Shown: piece by piece, positions 18,109 to 27,241 of the stretch
How positions within the stretch are numbered: position 1 is the stretch's first letter
Layout of the letters: the number at the start of each line of letters is the position of its first letter
NCBI RefSeq assembly: GCF_003428155.1
Contig: NZ_QLIR01000002.1
Coordinates: 120,001 to 152,000, forward strand
DNA length: 32,000 bases
Source of the DNA: Fastidiosibacter lacustris
GTDB taxonomy: Bacteria > Pseudomonadota > Gammaproteobacteria > Francisellales > Francisellaceae
Direction: 5' to 3'
The notes under the pieces: model-generated
The model's database searches: none
Told to the model about the DNA's origin: nothing
What the model saw: only the letters and a program-made list of their open reading frames with translations
Made by a program: the position numbers and the translations under genes

Positions 18109-20340
18109 ATGAATTACGCAAATCAAGCAAACCCTATAGAAGATAAGATATATTCCCTATTTGCCAGTTGTGCTAAAGGCATTGAGCTCTTGCTAAAAGA
18201 TGAGCTTTTGAACTTAGGTGCACTAAGTGCACAAGAGAAATTAGCAGGGGTAATGTTTGAAGCATCATTGTCAACGAGTTACAAAATATGTTTACATTCC
18301 AGGCTTGCCAATCAAGTGCAGCTAAAACTTAACGAATTCAAGTTTAAAGATATAGATACTTTTTATAACGTGTTATATGGTTTGCCGTGGAATAGTTACT
18401 TTAGCGTTGATAAGTCAATTAAGATTGAAGTCTCTGGTAAACATCAAGCCTTTAATAACACTCAATTTGCGGCACAAAAAGCAAAAGATGCAATTGTGGA
18501 TTGTTTTCGTGACCAAATGGATGAGCGTCCTAATGTTGCGTTGGATATGCCGGATATTTTTATTGCTATTCATTTTCAAAAAGATGAGGCTTATATTTAT
18601 TTGTCTTTGAGCGGTGAGAGTTTACATCGTAGAGGTTATCGATTAGCTCAAGGTGAGGCTCCGTTAAAAGAAACCTTAGCTGCTGCGATTTTAGTACGTT
18701 TGGGGTGGATAGAAATGCTAAAGACAGAAGCGCCAATATTGGTAGATCCTATGTGTGGCTCAGGTACTTTACTGATTGAAGCGGCAATGATGACATATGA
18801 TATTGCACCAAATTTAAATCGTGAAAATTTTTGTTTTATGCAATGGCGGAATTTTGACGTAGATGTTTGGAAAAGCTTGAAAGCACAAGCCATCGAAGCA
18901 AAAAAAGCTGGGTTAAAAAATCAGAATGTTCGTTTTATTGGCTATGATTATGATGAGAAAGTGATTGCTAAGGCAAAGGAAAATGTTTTAGCTCTAGGAC
19001 TGACTGAATATATAGAGTTAGCGGTTAAGGACGTTAAGTATTTAACTAATTTAACCAAATCACACACGGGGTTGATTGTAACCAATCCGCCTTATGGCGA
19101 GCGCTTATATTATAATGAAACCGAAAAATTGATACGTCTATTTAAAACGTTTGGACAGATGCTTATAACCGAATTTAAAGGTTGGCGCGTGGGAATATTT
19201 AGTGCAGCAAGCGATTCGGTCAAGGCATTGGGATTGAGAGCATTCAAACACAATAAGTTTTTTAATGGTGCTTTAGCAACGACTTTGTACCAGTTTGAAA
19301 TTTCTGATCAGTGGGTCATGAAGCATGAAACAACTAAACAAAAGTTAATGCGTCAAGCAAGTAATGCAATTTTACAGGATGATGCACATTTGGCATTTAA
19401 AAACCGCTTATCAAAAAATCATCAGCAATTACAAAAATGGGCAGTTCAGCAGGAAATCGAATGTTATCGTGTATATGATGCTGATATTCCAGAGTATGCA
19501 GTAGCAGTTGATTTGTATCATAGAAATGCCCACATTCAAGAATATCAGATGGGGAAAAACGTTGATCAAAAACTTGCGCAAAAGCGCTTACTACAAATGG
19601 TTTATCATGTAAGTGAAGTGCTAGGGGTGAAGTATGACAATATTTATGTTAAAACAAGGCAAAGGCAGCAAGGCGCAAAGCAATATGAGAAACAATCCGA
19701 AATAGGGCAATTTCGTGTGGTTAAAGAACATGACTGCTTGTATTACGTAAACTTTACGGATTACCTAGATACAGGTTTATTTTTGGACCACAGGAAAATG
19801 CGTCAGCTGGTTGCCAAGGCAAGCACAAATAAAACACTGTTGAACCTATTTTGCTATACCTGTACGGCAAGTGTGCAATCAGCCTTAAAGGGTGCCAAGA
19901 CCATTAATGTTGATATGTCTAAAACTTATTTAGAATGGGGTAAACGTAATTTTAATCTCAATAAAATAGACCTAAGTCAGCATTTATTTATTCAGGAAGA
20001 TTGCTTTAGTTGGTTAAAATCAGCATTTAAGATGCGTAAAAAGTTTGATGTAATTTTTTTGGATCCGCCAACGTTTTCAAACTCTAAGCGAATGCAGAAT
20101 GTGTTAGATATTCAGAAAGATCAGCTGGAACTCATTGAACTTACAATGCAGTTGTTGACAAAAGATGGTGTGCTTTATTTTTCGAACAACTTCCGGAAGT
20201 TTAAGTTTGATGAAAGCTTGATGAAGAAATTTAATTGTCAAAATATAGATGATAAATGCCTCTCGCGTGATTTTTTAAGGCGCCCTAATATCCATCATTG
20301 TTGGGAGATTAGGGAGTTTAGAAAAATGGTAAAGAACTAA
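18109..20340 (+). CDS. rlmL: Bifunctional 23S rRNA (guanine-N2/N7) methyltransferase RlmKL
   Basis: THUMP-like N-terminus, 'PILVDPMCGSGTLLIEAAMM', 'IVTNPPYGERL', then a second methyltransferase domain 'LLNLFCYTCTASVQSALKGAKTINVDMSKTYLEWGKRNF' and 'FLDPPTFSNSKRM'. Confidence 0.93.
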   Translation: MNYANQANPIEDKIYSLFASCAKGIELLLKDELLNLGALSAQEKLAGVMFEASLSTSYKICLHSRLANQVQLKLNEFKFKDIDTFYNVLYGLPWNSYFSVDKSIKIEVSGKHQAFNNTQFAAQKAKDAIVDCFRDQMDERPNVALDMPDIFIAIHFQKDEAYIYLSLSGESLHRRGYRLAQGEAPLKETLAAAILVRLGWIEMLKTEAPILVDPMCGSGTLLIEAAMMTYDIAPNLNRENFCFMQWRNFDVDVWKSLKAQAIEAKKAGLKNQNVRFIGYDYDEKVIAKAKENVLALGLTEYIELAVKDVKYLTNLTKSHTGLIVTNPPYGERLYYNETEKLIRLFKTFGQMLITEFKGWRVGIFSAASDSVKALGLRAFKHNKFFNGALATTLYQFEISDQWVMKHETTKQKLMRQASNAILQDDAHLAFKNRLSKNHQQLQKWAVQQEIECYRVYDADIPEYAVAVDLYHRNAHIQEYQMGKNVDQKLAQKRLLQMVYHVSEVLGVKYDNIYVKTRQRQQGAKQYEKQSEIGQFRVVKEHDCLYYVNFTDYLDTGLFLDHRKMRQLVAKASTNKTLLNLFCYTCTASVQSALKGAKTINVDMSKTYLEWGKRNFNLNKIDLSQHLFIQEDCFSWLKSAFKMRKKFDVIFLDPPTFSNSKRMQNVLDIQKDQLELIELTMQLLTKDGVLYFSNNFRKFKFDESLMKKFNCQNIDDKCLSRDFLRRPNIHHCWEIREFRKMVKN

Positions 20341-20890
20341 GGTTAACATCTATGCCATTTTCGCGTGCTTGACGTAGCCAGTAGTTGGATTTAAATAAAT
20401 TGGCAGACACTCCTATCCCTTTTTTATACATATAGGCAAGGTAAATTTGTGCATGTGGATAGTCGTTTTTTGCTGCTTTTTCTATCCAATAAAAACCTAC
20501 TGCAGGATTAGATTGTACGCCTAACCCTTGAAAATACATAAGACCAAGCTTAAATTGTGCTTCAGCATAACCAGTTGCCGCAGAATATTGAATATAATCA
20601 ACTGCCTTATCAATATTGTAATTATCCACATTACTTTGCTGGCTATATTCTATTCCTTTATTGTATGCGTCTTTAGGAGAAAGATTACGGTAGTTGGTTT
20701 TATTTTCAGCATCGTTTTGCTTTTTAGTGACATGTCCATTTTGATTGTTAGTAGTAGCAGTTGTAGTTTCGGTACGATCAATTGTGTTAGCGTGAGTCTT
20801 GTGAAAAACAACAATCACTATTGCCGATATCAAAAGGCAAAAAAGGCTTAAAATTGACCAAAATGAAGGCTGTTTTTTTGTAATACTCAT
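20318..20890 (-). CDS. Membrane-anchored Sel1-like repeat protein
   Basis: N-terminal TM (WSILSLFCLLISAIVIVVF) and Sel1-like repeats 'GYAEAQFKLGLMYFQGLGVQSNPAVGFYWIEKAAKNDYPHAQIYLAYMYKKGIGV'. Start set at ATG 20890 behind GGAG; the track start is 20902. Confidence 0.75.
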   Translation of the reverse strand: MSITKKQPSFWSILSLFCLLISAIVIVVFHKTHANTIDRTETTTATTNNQNGHVTKKQNDAENKTNYRNLSPKDAYNKGIEYSQQSNVDNYNIDKAVDYIQYSAATGYAEAQFKLGLMYFQGLGVQSNPAVGFYWIEKAAKNDYPHAQIYLAYMYKKGIGVSANLFKSNYWLRQARENGIDVNLSSLPFF

Positions 20891-20916
20891 AATATACTCC
20901 AAACTTCTCGGGGCTA

Positions 20917-21774
20917 TTATGCCTTGTTATGTAAATGCTCACAAGCAAATAACGTATTTTCAAGTAGGGTCACAATGGTCATAGGACCTACACCACCTGG
21001 CACCGGAGTAATATATGCAACTTTATCGATGGCGCCATTAAAGTCGACATCGCCTACAATACTACCATCTTCGAGGCGATTAATCCCAACATCGATAACA
21101 ACGGCATCTTTTTTAAGCCATTTACCTTGAATAAACTGAGGTTTGCCAACAGCCGCAACGACTATATCGGCGCGACTTAAATGCGCTTGTAAATCCGTTG
21201 TGAATCGATGACAAGTTGTAACGGTTGCGCCTGCTAATAGAAGCTCCATTAACATCGGACGACCAACAATGTTTGATGCTCCCACGATAACAGCATGCTT
21301 ACCCTTAAAAGTATCTATAGTAGATTCTAATAGTGTCATGACACCTTTAGGAGTACAAGGGCGCAGTAGGGGATTTCTTTGCATAAGTTTGCCAATGTTA
21401 TAAGGGTGGAAACCATCGACATCCTTATCAGGGCGAATCGCCTCTAGAATGCGTTCAGCGTCGATGTGTTGTGGCAAAGGTAGCTGTATCAAGATACCAT
21501 CAATTGTAGGATCATTATTTAGTTTATCGATTAAACTAAATAAAGTGTCATTATCGGTATCAGTAGCCAAATCATAGTTTTGAGAGAGAAAGCCAACTTC
21601 TTCACAAGCTTTACGTTTGTTATTAACATATATCCGAGAAGCTGGATCGTTACCAACAATAACAACGGCAAGACCCGGGAGGCGTTTACCCTTATTTTTG
21701 AGCTCAACAACATGTTGCTTGATATTTAACCTGATTTCTTTGGCTTTTTGTTTGCCATCAATGATGCTACCCAT
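20917..21774 (-). CDS. folD: Bifunctional methylenetetrahydrofolate dehydrogenase/cyclohydrolase FolD
   Basis: '[22 protein letters not shown]', '[14 protein letters not shown]', '[18 protein letters not shown]', '[12 protein letters not shown]', '[24 protein letters not shown]', '[13 protein letters not shown]'. Confidence 0.97.
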   Translation of the reverse strand: MGSIIDGKQKAKEIRLNIKQHVVELKNKGKRLPGLAVVIVGNDPASRIYVNNKRKACEEVGFLSQNYDLATDTDNDTLFSLIDKLNNDPTIDGILIQLPLPQHIDAERILEAIRPDKDVDGFHPYNIGKLMQRNPLLRPCTPKGVMTLLESTIDTFKGKHAVIVGASNIVGRPMLMELLLAGATVTTCHRFTTDLQAHLSRADIVVAAVGKPQFIQGKWLKKDAVVIDVGINRLEDGSIVGDVDFNGAIDKVAYITPVPGGVGPMTIVTLLENTLFACEHLHNKA

Positions 21775-22034
21775 ATTCGCTTACTGTACACATTCCATTT
21801 ATTGGCTGTATATAATAGTCAATCTAGCGGTTATTTAAAACAAGAAGTTATCTTAAATTAGTGAGTTTTTTTATTAACTAGATGTATATATTTTGTGGTT
21901 TTAAAACTATCAAAAATTTTATTGGAAGATTATCCATAAGTATGATAGTTTTCTTTGCCATCTAAACTAATCATCTAGGTAACGTTCCTTGCAAGTGATA
22001 TATGGGATGAATCTAAAATAAAGATGTGCGGAAA

Positions 22035-22814
22035 ATGAAAGAAAAAAATAATAACCTTCAGAAGATAGAGCAATTTCGTTTAGATGAGCTAATTAATGAG
22101 ATACTGATGACATTTAGTTGTTGTGGTGTGGATTACGCGTTAGTAAATCAATCGTTTACTTGGTGTACCCCTTTGCATGCTCATAGATATATTTATCGTT
22201 TTTATGGCAATAAGAACCAATATTGCTATCAAGATCCTTATCATAACTATAATTTAATTGGTTTATTGCCAAGATTTTGCCACTTATCTGAGATTGCAGT
22301 ACATGCAAAAGCTTGGCAAGAGTTGTTTACTCCTGAGCATTCTAAGTATGGCGATTGCTATGCCGTATCTTATTACTTTTGGGGTGATACTAATATACAT
22401 CGTTTTGTACTTTATTTTGATAATATCCATAATATAACCACGCTTTATCTTCGGTTTATAGATCTGTACCATACGCTAAACAAGCTTGTTTCTCATATTG
22501 CACCGTTAGTGACAAAATTTTTTGATGAGTTTGTCATTTACCCTGAACAGCTATCTTCATTAGCATTACCACCACATTGGTTAAGAGCGCATAAACATAA
22601 AAATATTCAGGTAGAATTTAACCTAAGTGATAAGGAAATGCACTTTTTTACGCTTTTAGGTCAGGGAATAACAGAAAGAAATGAATTGGCCCAGCACATG
22701 AATGCCTCAACACGCACTGTAGATAACTATATTCAAAAATTAAAGCAATTATTTCGTTTGACAGATAGTTATGAGTTGTTTGAATATATAAAGCGATATT
22801 GGCTGTTGGAGTAA
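22035..22814 (+). CDS. LuxR-type HTH transcriptional regulator
   Basis: C-terminal HTH 'LSDKEMHFFTLLGQGITERNELAQHMNASTRTVDNYIQKLKQLF' fits the LuxR/GerE pattern. The track start is GTG 22026; ATG 22035 is also possible. Confidence 0.65.
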   Translation: MKEKNNNLQKIEQFRLDELINEILMTFSCCGVDYALVNQSFTWCTPLHAHRYIYRFYGNKNQYCYQDPYHNYNLIGLLPRFCHLSEIAVHAKAWQELFTPEHSKYGDCYAVSYYFWGDTNIHRFVLYFDNIHNITTLYLRFIDLYHTLNKLVSHIAPLVTKFFDEFVIYPEQLSSLALPPHWLRAHKHKNIQVEFNLSDKEMHFFTLLGQGITERNELAQHMNASTRTVDNYIQKLKQLFRLTDSYELFEYIKRYWLLE

Positions 22815-22818
22815 ATTG

Positions 22819-24195
22819 TTAGAGTGGATTTCCGTTTGGGTCGTAACTACCTATTTTAGTTGTGATACCTATATTATTTATATATTGTTGTGTAGAATGG
22901 ATTGGGGAGCAATAAATTTGAATAATACTATTGATTATATGTGCTTGATAAGTCGAGTAATAATCAAACTTATTGCAATACGTTGTTACAATAGATGCGC
23001 TAGAATTGCGTATAGTAATGTTATTTAGGTAGCTGTGTTGTAACTTAGTGATATCTAACAAGTTTGAAGTTTCAACTTGGTTAAAATATAGGGTATATGA
23101 AGGGATATTGTTTCTTTCTACCTCTCCAACAAAAGTTGACACATCATTAGTCTTGATATTGTTGAAATATATGTTATTTGTTTTTATAACCTCATGATTA
23201 TCTAAGTAAAAAAATGTATTAGCATTTATTGCTATAAAGTTTTCAAACTGGGTATTTGGTTGAATGTAAAGATTTCCACCTTCCAAGATTGCATGGTTTT
23301 CCCCATCAATGATGATACCTTGTGGAACCTTGATAGGCTCGGTAATTTTATAGGTAGTTGGAGCAAGCTTAATAATGACAGGATGATCCGCATCAAGTTT
23401 AGGTGAGATGTTTGGATCATTTTGTGCAATATTGATCACATCCTGTAATGATTGCCCACTATGCCCGTAAATGACACGATCTGATATTGCAAAGCCTTGT
23501 TTAGCTATGTTATCTACTCGAGTAGATAGATTCGTCAATTTTGTATTATATTTTTCATCTAAATCCGTTACAAAACCTTCTGTCTTATTAGCGCTATCTT
23601 TTGCTTCTTTAGCATTATTTTCAGCAGTGCTAATTCTTATATCGAACTGATCGACTTTATCGGCAGAAGATTTAGCTGCATCAGCGGTTTGTTTAGCATC
23701 ATTAGCCTTTTGTTTTGCTTCTGTGGCATTGCTTTCAACAGTAGCAATCCTACTATCATAACTAGAAACTTTAGTCGTAGCTTCTTGAGCAGCTATTGAA
23801 GCAGCATCTGCTGTTTTATTGGCGCCTGCTGCAATTTGTTGAGCAGAAGTGGCATCACTTTCTGCATTAATTAATCTTGTATCAAATGTCTTAACAGTTG
23901 CTGCTGCATTTTGGGCAATCGTATTTGCTGCATTGGCAGTTTGTTGTGCATTTACTGCATTTTCATTTGCCGTGTTAGCAGTTATTTCAGCAGAGTTAGC
24001 ATGGGTTTCAGCGTTATGCGTTTGATTTGTGAGTATTTCAATACTAGCGTTAATAGGTCTTTTCCAGCTTGTATTAAGGTCTACGGCTAACTCTCCAACG
24101 TGAGTGACGTTAGTTGGTAAATCTGGTACTGTATCTGCATAACTTAGTATAGTGAGAGCTAAACCAAGTGTTGTTATAATAAGTTTTGCTTTCAT
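22819..24195 (-). CDS. Exported protein with tandem-repeat coiled coil and beta-helix-like C-terminal domain
   Basis: Signal peptide MKAKLIITTLGLALTILSYA|DTVP. Three related segments of about 28-42 aa, each containing a '(F/Y)D.R(I/L)..(A/V)E..A..A' motif. C-terminal Asn/Ile-rich region reminiscent of a pectate-lyase-like helix ('VIIKLAPTTYKITEPIKVPQGIIIDGENHAILEGGNLYI'). Confidence 0.65.
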   Translation of the reverse strand: MKAKLIITTLGLALTILSYADTVPDLPTNVTHVGELAVDLNTSWKRPINASIEILTNQTHNAETHANSAEITANTANENAVNAQQTANAANTIAQNAAATVKTFDTRLINAESDATSAQQIAAGANKTADAASIAAQEATTKVSSYDSRIATVESNATEAKQKANDAKQTADAAKSSADKVDQFDIRISTAENNAKEAKDSANKTEGFVTDLDEKYNTKLTNLSTRVDNIAKQGFAISDRVIYGHSGQSLQDVINIAQNDPNISPKLDADHPVIIKLAPTTYKITEPIKVPQGIIIDGENHAILEGGNLYIQPNTQFENFIAINANTFFYLDNHEVIKTNNIYFNNIKTNDVSTFVGEVERNNIPSYTLYFNQVETSNLLDITKLQHSYLNNITIRNSSASIVTTYCNKFDYYSTYQAHIINSIIQIYCSPIHSTQQYINNIGITTKIGSYDPNGNPL

Positions 24196-24402
24196 TTATG
24201 TTTTCTCCTTTTGATTTTAGTAATTGGTTTTCTTGATAAAAATTTGTATCCAAAGTTTTGTAGATTCATCTTTGCTGGTGATACGCTTATCGTGGTAATT
24301 GATTGGCTATGATTAGAATAGTTTTGAAGTTATTTATCACTTTTAATTTAAGTGAATATATACTTTAGTACCCAAAATTAAAGATTAAAAGCAAACTAAA
24401 GG

Positions 24403-25170
24403 TTAAAAATGGTATCCTAAGCTGGCAGATAGATTGAGCATATTTGGTACATAGCTACTACCATAATAAGGACCATAAATATTTTTACCAATACCAAAAA
24501 TATACTTGGCTTCTATCCCTAGTGTAAAAGCATAGGGTAATTGGTATTGATACTCAATCGCCAAAAATGGGCGAATATTAATTTTAGAGCTTTTTGTCAG
24601 CTGTGGGTTTTGATAATTAGGTAAAGTTGTTTGTGGACTAAATTTGGAAAAAACTATAGTGGGTCCAGCAGAAAATAAAATTTCACTATTCACACTTGGT
24701 ATTGGTAGATGAGTAGTAGTATAAAAATCAACCCCAGAAAAAGCCATTTTGCTATAGCCATTTGCTTGAATCACTGTTCCATTATCATTATCAAGTTGTG
24801 ATTTTGTACTGCCTGCATTCCAATAGCTAACAGCAAATGACAAATATTTAAATGGACGTATGCCAAATTTAGCAGCAAAGTATGGTGACCATTGTTTGCT
24901 TGATTGATAAATGTCATCAGAGCCCCAGGGCTGAGTGATAATTTGTTTTGCACTAGGAAAAGCCTTGTATGATGCTCCACCATAGATATTAATATAAAAC
25001 CAATAGTTAGTAGCTTGCGTTGTATAATGATCATCTTGTGCTAAGGTTTGTTGAATGGCTCTATCTAAGTCAGATATCGAATTGATTGAAAGATTATTAG
25101 TATTTGAGTCGGCATAACTTATCGTATTGATAATGCCAATTAAAGGTAATATAAAGCTAATTTTTTTCAT
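24403..25170 (-). CDS. Outer-membrane beta-barrel protein
   Basis: Signal peptide (MKKISFILPLIGIINTISYA), alternating amphipathic strands, C-terminal aromatic beta-signal '...NMLNLSASLGYHF'. Confidence 0.65.
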   Translation of the reverse strand: MKKISFILPLIGIINTISYADSNTNNLSINSISDLDRAIQQTLAQDDHYTTQATNYWFYINIYGGASYKAFPSAKQIITQPWGSDDIYQSSKQWSPYFAAKFGIRPFKYLSFAVSYWNAGSTKSQLDNDNGTVIQANGYSKMAFSGVDFYTTTHLPIPSVNSEILFSAGPTIVFSKFSPQTTLPNYQNPQLTKSSKINIRPFLAIEYQYQLPYAFTLGIEAKYIFGIGKNIYGPYYGSSYVPNMLNLSASLGYHF

Positions 25171-25238
25171 TGCTGGTCTCTTCTCTTCTTTAGTCTATGT
25201 AAAACAGGGTGAAGTGTATTGAAAAACCTAAACAAGAT

Positions 25239-25277
25239 CATGATGAAATTAAAATGTTAGACAAAATGATGAAATTA
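25239..25277. repeat. Pair of 13-bp direct repeats (ATGATGAAATTAA) with 26-bp periodicity upstream of the outer-membrane protein gene
   Basis: Exact copies at 25239-25251 and 25265-25277. The OMP start codon is at 25170, reading away on the - strand. Confidence 0.5.
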
Positions 25278-25319
25278 ACGTAATTATATTGCAGGTATTT
25301 GAAACCTTGATTCAGTAAA

Positions 25320-25886
25320 TCACTGTATGAGTTGAAAAGTTGTTAGCAGCTCGAAACTAGGCAGCCATCGAAGGTGGGATAAAAGAGGATGGTTGTCAGC
25401 ATAAGGTTTGAGTAATAAACCAAGGTGATCTTTAAAGTTTGCTTGAAAGCCAATAATTTCATCTAAAGGCTGGGAGTGTTCTGAAAGCTCCAATATAGCT
25501 TCTTGAATAGCAAAAACATTATTCTTTTGTTTAACCATTGTTTGCCACTGATGGTAGTAATGGTTGAGTGTCTCTTGAGATTTTGTTGGTAGATAAATAA
25601 TATATTGCTTAGGTACTTCGTTGTGAAAGGTCAGATCCAATAATTGAACATAACTACAAAAACCACATGCCAGTGTAAGGTTTTGCCAATCGTTATTATG
25701 GTAGTTATGATCAAGATTGATGATATAAAGTGAAGTGTTTTGTTGTTTACAAAAGTAACAACTCTCTTGTTGTTGAGCGAGTTTTTGAAAACAAGCATTA
25801 TACTTTGGTGCATGTAAACGCTTTAAAAATAACTGCCCATTCATGGGAATAGACAAAAGCTTTAGCGGTATTTCAGATTTTGTCAT
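25320..25886 (-). CDS. dotN: DotN/IcmJ-like component of the Dot/Icm coupling complex
   Basis: About 190 aa with two Zn-type CxxC knuckles 'CYFCKQQNTSLYIINLDHNYHNNDWQNLTLACGFC' as in IcmJ/DotN. Start overlaps the dotM stop (14 nt). Confidence 0.72.
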   Translation of the reverse strand: MTKSEIPLKLLSIPMNGQLFLKRLHAPKYNACFQKLAQQQESCYFCKQQNTSLYIINLDHNYHNNDWQNLTLACGFCSYVQLLDLTFHNEVPKQYIIYLPTKSQETLNHYYHQWQTMVKQKNNVFAIQEAILELSEHSQPLDEIIGFQANFKDHLGLLLKPYADNHPLLSHLRWLPSFELLTTFQLIQ

Positions 25887-26952
25887 GATTTAATAACTCA
25901 TAAAGTTGATATTCATGTTGTAAAGCATTGATAACGTTTTGAACCATTGGTGAAGACATAGGTGTTTTTATCGCTTCTTCAAATTTCCAATGTGCAGTAA
26001 TAGCTGCACCTTCGCTAAAGAATGTTTTTCTGCCCACATTGTTTAAAGCATACCAAAGGGTACGGTTAACTTTTTTTAACCATAAAAATGATGCGGAAGG
26101 GACAATTCCACTTTTCCTTGCTGTGTGTAAAAGTGCACATATAAGTGTGTAGGTGTAATGGTGTTGAGAAATAATTGCTTGGATATCTGAATGAGAAATA
26201 CATTCGGTTAAGTGCGCATTAATAAATTGATTTAATTTGCGCGTGTTAATATATTTTTTAAATGAATTTGAGTTGTTGGTAAACTCGGCATTTAAATAAC
26301 CAAAAAGCTTGTCAGCTTGTTTGCGCTTATCGCAGATACACAACGAAAAAGCAACAAATAACCCATATATTTCAATAGCCATTTGCTTTGTTCCAAGCCA
26401 ACGTGAGCCTAGTTGTTGGCTTAAGTTATTATGTAGTGCATGGATATCAAGTTGCTTGTTTTCTATAAGTTTGTATTTTTGTAAATATTGAACCGGCGTT
26501 AAAGCAATATCAAAAGCAGAATCAACATTGCCTTGTAGGTCGTTTGGGAGGCAGACTTTTTTAAAATGTTTTCCAATAAAGCGCGATAAACTTTGCATTG
26601 AAAACGTTTGGCGATATTTCCGACTCGGGTGAAAGAAAAAAAGTATTCCGATAAGACCTGTGCCGACGATCCAGAATAGTGGTTTAAAAGCATCGGATAT
26701 GTTGTAAGCTAAATACTTAAGTTGCTTAAGTGTGACAGTAGATTCTAATACATGATTACACCAATTCATAAGCATCATATAACGCGTATCCCACGACATG
26801 ATAATCATTAGCTCAAGGCGTTTAATCAAAAAAACAACTCTAATGATCTGGTTGTGAAACAACCAATAAAATAGCAGTAGCATTAATAAAATAATGGATA
26901 CGACGTAAAAAGGTGCCATCCCGTCGTCATTGTTATTAGGTGCATTAGCCAT
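25873..26952 (-). CDS. dotM: DotM/IcmP (TrbA-like) type IVB coupling complex protein
   Basis: 359 aa with N-terminal TMs. 'ALTPVQYLQKYKLI', 'LGSRWLGTKQMAIEIYGLFVAF', 'HYTYTLICALLHTARKSGIVPSASFLWLKKVNRTLWYALNNVGRKTFFSEGAAITAHWKFE' is characteristic of DotM/IcmP. Neighbours are dotL and dotN. Confidence 0.88.
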   Translation of the reverse strand: MANAPNNNDDGMAPFYVVSIILLMLLLFYWLFHNQIIRVVFLIKRLELMIIMSWDTRYMMLMNWCNHVLESTVTLKQLKYLAYNISDAFKPLFWIVGTGLIGILFFFHPSRKYRQTFSMQSLSRFIGKHFKKVCLPNDLQGNVDSAFDIALTPVQYLQKYKLIENKQLDIHALHNNLSQQLGSRWLGTKQMAIEIYGLFVAFSLCICDKRKQADKLFGYLNAEFTNNSNSFKKYINTRKLNQFINAHLTECISHSDIQAIISQHHYTYTLICALLHTARKSGIVPSASFLWLKKVNRTLWYALNNVGRKTFFSEGAAITAHWKFEEAIKTPMSSPMVQNVINALQHEYQLYELLNHDKI

Positions 26953-27241
26953 CGTTTTTTTCTCCTAAGATTTTATCTACATTTACTATATTATCTTGCG
27001 CTATACTCAGTAGCGCATCATAGGTAAATAAAATACTCATCAAATCAAATTGAGTATTATTTATGTTTGCCATAGAAGTATCAAAAACATAAAGATAATT
27101 ACTATTAGCCTTTGCAATTAGCGAGTTGATTAACAAACCAGAATGCTTTAATTGAGCAAAATGCTTGTGCTGCTGATTTTCAATAAAGGTTAAGTCATGT
27201 TCTTCACTTAAGTGTTTAATAATGTCTGTCAGTGTCATCAT
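26945..27241 (-). CDS. Uncharacterised 98-aa protein between dotL and dotM; possible diverged IcmS-like adaptor
   Basis: Translationally coupled on both sides: 4-nt overlap with the dotL stop and 8-nt overlap with the dotM start. Soluble small protein. 'HFAQLKHSGLLINSLIAKANSN' loosely resembles the IcmS 'GLL..IAKRA' segment. Confidence 0.5.
   Translation of the reverse strand: MMTLTDIIKHLSEEHDLTFIENQQHKHFAQLKHSGLLINSLIAKANSNYLYVFDTSMANINNTQFDLMSILFTYDALLSIAQDNIVNVDKILGEKNDG

Noticed and set aside
22816-23028. 70-aa + strand ORF downstream of the LuxR-type gene
   Set aside because: Antisense to the 3' end of the exported coiled-coil/beta-helix gene and without recognisable features; probably chance.
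23491-24048. Possibility that the repetitive coiled coil is a CRISPR-like or simple-sequence repeat array
   Set aside because: Repeats exist at the protein level with diverged nucleotides; no regular spacer structure; explained by heptad coding.
24771-25034. 87-aa - strand ORF inside the outer-membrane protein gene
   Set aside because: Alternative frame of the same strand as the barrel gene, with low-complexity composition; the barrel ORF has both a signal peptide and a beta-signal.
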